Of a stretch of 48,602 nt of DNA, positions 46,125-48,602 are shown in pieces; within the stretch, counting starts at the first letter, position 1; every line of letters begins with the position of its first letter. This DNA is from a virus (taxonomy: Duplodnaviria; Caudoviricetes), in IMG/VR virus record IMGVR_UViG_3300014208_000011, positions 1 through 48,602 of that record; one strand, written 5' to 3'. Position numbers and translations under genes: made by a program. The notes beneath the pieces are model-generated. The model had not been told where the DNA came from. It did not search any database and saw nothing but the letters and a program-made list of their open reading frames with translations.

Positions 46125-48602
46125 ATGCAAGATACAACACTCGACAACACACTCTCTTCAACGAGTACACAGAGTTCGAAGGATAAACAAGCTGAAACAG
46201 ACGCCGCTCGAAAACGAAGGGAAGAGCTTCGAAAAGGAATTATAGCTATGTCAGGTCGTGGGAATGATGAATCTATGATTCGACAGCGAGCCTATGAAAA
46301 AGGTGGTTTTGATCCTGCTGAAATTGATTCCGTTTTAAACGAATACAAACAACTTAAAGAGTCTAATTTTTCCGGTCAACCTATTCAAACTCAACAAACT
46401 TCAATGCCGGATTTGTCTAAAGGTTCAGCAGTTGAACGGCAATCTATCGCAGTAGCTGATGAGACGATACAGATGTCCAATGACGCGTTGGATTTTCTCA
46501 ATAAAGGAGTTGAAACCGGTCCGGTGGCCGGACGAGTCGGAGGAGCCAAACAAATGCTTCCCGGAGGAGGTGATGAGCAGTTCAATCAGCTTGATATGAA
46601 ACTTAGCAACATCAAGGCGAATTTTATGAAGTCTATTTCCGGAGCTGCCGTCAGCGATCAAGAAGTGAAAAGACTTTCTCAATTCTTGCCGAGTACCAAT
46701 GATCAAGAAGAAGTTATACGATTGAAGCTTGAGGCATTAAAGAGCGAAACGGCTCATTTGCGCGATAACACCTATAAAACTCTTGGTATTGATCCAAACT
46801 CTGTTCGGAATGAATCTCGGACTGTTGAACAAACAAAGACTAATACTCCGGTCGCTCAGACACAAGACAATCAACCAAGTAATATGATTGTGCATCCTGA
46901 TACAGGAGAGATGAAAATGAGCGGTTTTTTTGATACGCTTGGACAAGAAATACCGGCACTTGCTGGAAAAATAGCTGATAGAGTAGGAAATACATTCAAT
47001 GTCATCAATGAAGAAGCAAAACAAGGACAAACTCCACAACTCTTCGGTGAAGCTGGACTAGATGTGGCGTATGGTATGGCTGGCGCTGCTAATGATGTGT
47101 TCGCATCATTGTTTAAAGTGAGTGTTTCCGCGCTCCCTGATGGTGTTAGAGAAACAGCCTCAAAGACTATGCAAAGTATTTTGAGTACCGACGCGGGTAA
47201 GGCCGGACTCTTTGCAATGCAACAGGGCGGTCAGATGTACGAAGAATTTAAGAAGACAAATCCAGAAGTGGCTAGACATATCGAAGGTCTTACAAATATT
47301 GCCACTGCAATCCCTATTGGGAAGGGTCTGTCAACCGTAGGAAGCGGTATAAAAAATGAGGCTGGAATACTTAAAAGAAATGCCGGACGAGTTATGGAAA
47401 GCGTCACGAGCGGTAAAGCCGATGATGTTATTAAGGCGCAGGTAGAGCAAGGATTACGACCAGATATAAACATTGAAACACTTTCAAAGCAAGCTCAGGC
47501 ATCGGCAAAAGAAGCAATGAAACAAGGTTTTGAAGAGAGAGATGTGAAGTTTCTCGTATCTATGGCACCGGAAGATCGCGCTGCAGCTGGAAGAATGATC
47601 AATCTGGCTGATGAAGTGAATACCAACGCTCGAACATTGCAGCGTCCGATTGATATTGCCGGAGAAACCCTGGTCAATAAATTAAAACTGGTTACTAAAG
47701 AGGCGGATGATGCTGGAAAGGCAGTTGGAGAAACCGCCAAAGGACTCCGAGGTCAGATGGTTGACGCTACGCCGATTCAAGAAAGAGCTAATGGTTTACT
47801 CGAAAATCTTGGCATTACTCAAACTAAAAAGGGACTTAATTTTAATAAGTCTGTCTTTAAAATGACGCCTCAACTTCAAACAGTCGTTAAAAAATTCGTA
47901 CAAGGAATACCGAAGGCTTCCGACGATGCCTACAATCTCCATATCTTCAAGAAGTCTATCGATGAACTCGTCAATTATGGCGCTCAGGGCGAAGGATTGA
48001 AGGGTAATGCACAATCACTCCTCAAGTCACTTCGAAACGCAACAGACGAGGTTCTGGACACCAATTTCGATGCCTACAACGTCGCCAATACTCGATTCAA
48101 GAAAGCTAAAGAGATAGTCGATGCTTCTCAGGACTTATTTGGAAAGAAAAATGGCCTGAACTCTTCCGTTCGTGGAGGGCAAGTGCTTCGTGGAGCCTTC
48201 TCAAATAATACGTCTCGATCACGCGTGTATGACTTAGCTGAACGCCTTGATAATTTTGAGCAAGAAATGACTGGAACAGTAAAAAATAACGCTCTTGATC
48301 AGGCTATGTTTGCAGAACTTTTGGACAAGTCTGGACTCTATAAGACACAGGCCATAACCGGACTCGCAGGTCAGGTAGAAACAGCTGTTAAAAAAGCGGG
48401 TGCTATAGTGGAAGGTGTAAGCAACCCTCTCAAGGGCGTCGCAACGCTTGCTTCATCAGGTATCGAAAAAATAAGGAATATCAATCCGGAACAGAAAAAA
48501 CAAATTCTCAAGGATTTGCTTGGTGGTGTATTAAAGGAAAAAAAACCCCTTACTTTAGAAAAGAGTAATCTTCCTCGATTCGGCATGAACACCCAAGACG
48601 TG
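46125..48602 (+). CDS. Large internal virion protein, N-terminal part (continues to 981; 1,111 aa in total)
   Basis: ATG at 46125 (MQDTTLDNTLSST...) is in the same frame as position 48480/1. It is absent from the ORF track, consistent with a frame that has no stop before the window end. Confidence 0.85.
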   Translation, partial: MQDTTLDNTLSSTSTQSSKDKQAETDAARKRREELRKGIIAMSGRGNDESMIRQRAYEKGGFDPAEIDSVLNEYKQLKESNFSGQPIQTQQTSMPDLSKGSAVERQSIAVADETIQMSNDALDFLNKGVETGPVAGRVGGAKQMLPGGGDEQFNQLDMKLSNIKANFMKSISGAAVSDQEVKRLSQFLPSTNDQEEVIRLKLEALKSETAHLRDNTYKTLGIDPNSVRNESRTVEQTKTNTPVAQTQDNQPSNMIVHPDTGEMKMSGFFDTLGQEIPALAGKIADRVGNTFNVINEEAKQGQTPQLFGEAGLDVAYGMAGAANDVFASLFKVSVSALPDGVRETASKTMQSILSTDAGKAGLFAMQQGGQMYEEFKKTNPEVARHIEGLTNIATAIPIGKGLSTVGSGIKNEAGILKRNAGRVMESVTSGKADDVIKAQVEQGLRPDINIETLSKQAQASAKEAMKQGFEERDVKFLVSMAPEDRAAAGRMINLADEVNTNARTLQRPIDIAGETLVNKLKLVTKEADDAGKAVGETAKGLRGQMVDATPIQERANGLLENLGITQTKKGLNFNKSVFKMTPQLQTVVKKFVQGIPKASDDAYNLHIFKKSIDELVNYGAQGEGLKGNAQSLLKSLRNATDEVLDTNFDAYNVANTRFKKAKEIVDASQDLFGKKNGLNSSVRGGQVLRGAFSNNTSRSRVYDLAERLDNFEQEMTGTVKNNALDQAMFAELLDKSGLYKTQAITGLAGQVETAVKKAGAIVEGVSNPLKGVATLASSGIEKIRNINPEQKKQILKDLLGGVLKEKKPLTLEKSNLPRFGMNTQDV
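48480..48602. repeat. Terminal direct repeat (circular overlap), copy 2
   Basis: Identical to 1-123. Confidence 0.97.

Noticed and set aside
46391-48592. Minus-strand ORFs listed in the track at the right end
   Set aside because: Antisense shadows of the long plus-strand ORF from 46125.
1-48602. Stop-codon reassignment
   Set aside because: Standard code 11 gives dense, full-length genes, and all three stops terminate conserved ORFs.

Overview
The window is one complete circular dsDNA phage genome of 48,479 bp: positions 1-123 repeat at 48480-48602. It has two divergent arms starting from back-to-back sigma70-type promoters near 14,800. The minus-strand early arm (14.5 kb to 1.5 kb) carries an HTH replication initiator with internal iterons, RtcB, a membrane-anchored lytic transglycosylase, ERF, VRR-NUC, many small hypothetical genes, a block of structured non-coding sequence and a C39-like peptidase. 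The plus-strand late arm is podovirus-like: terminase, portal, scaffold, a major capsid gene split by a group I intron with an HNH in P8, decoration and LamG proteins, adaptor, tail and fibre genes, ejection proteins, a 1,111-aa protein crossing the origin with an ADP-ribosyltransferase-like module, and holin-like genes. The most striking feature is a ~10.5 kb cluster of glycan-modifying genes inside the virion module. It includes two glycosyltransferases carrying motifs of polypeptide GalNAc-transferases, and three virion proteins around it carry strict (Ser-X)n, SPS-rich tracts. Together these suggest a phage-encoded mucin/SRRP-type virion O-glycosylation system. I saw no integrase, repressor, DNA polymerase, tRNA or CRISPR array. 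A Patescibacteria/CPR-like host is only an inference from scarce Shine-Dalgarno sites and apparently leaderless genes. All product calls come from reading motifs by eye; no database searches were run.
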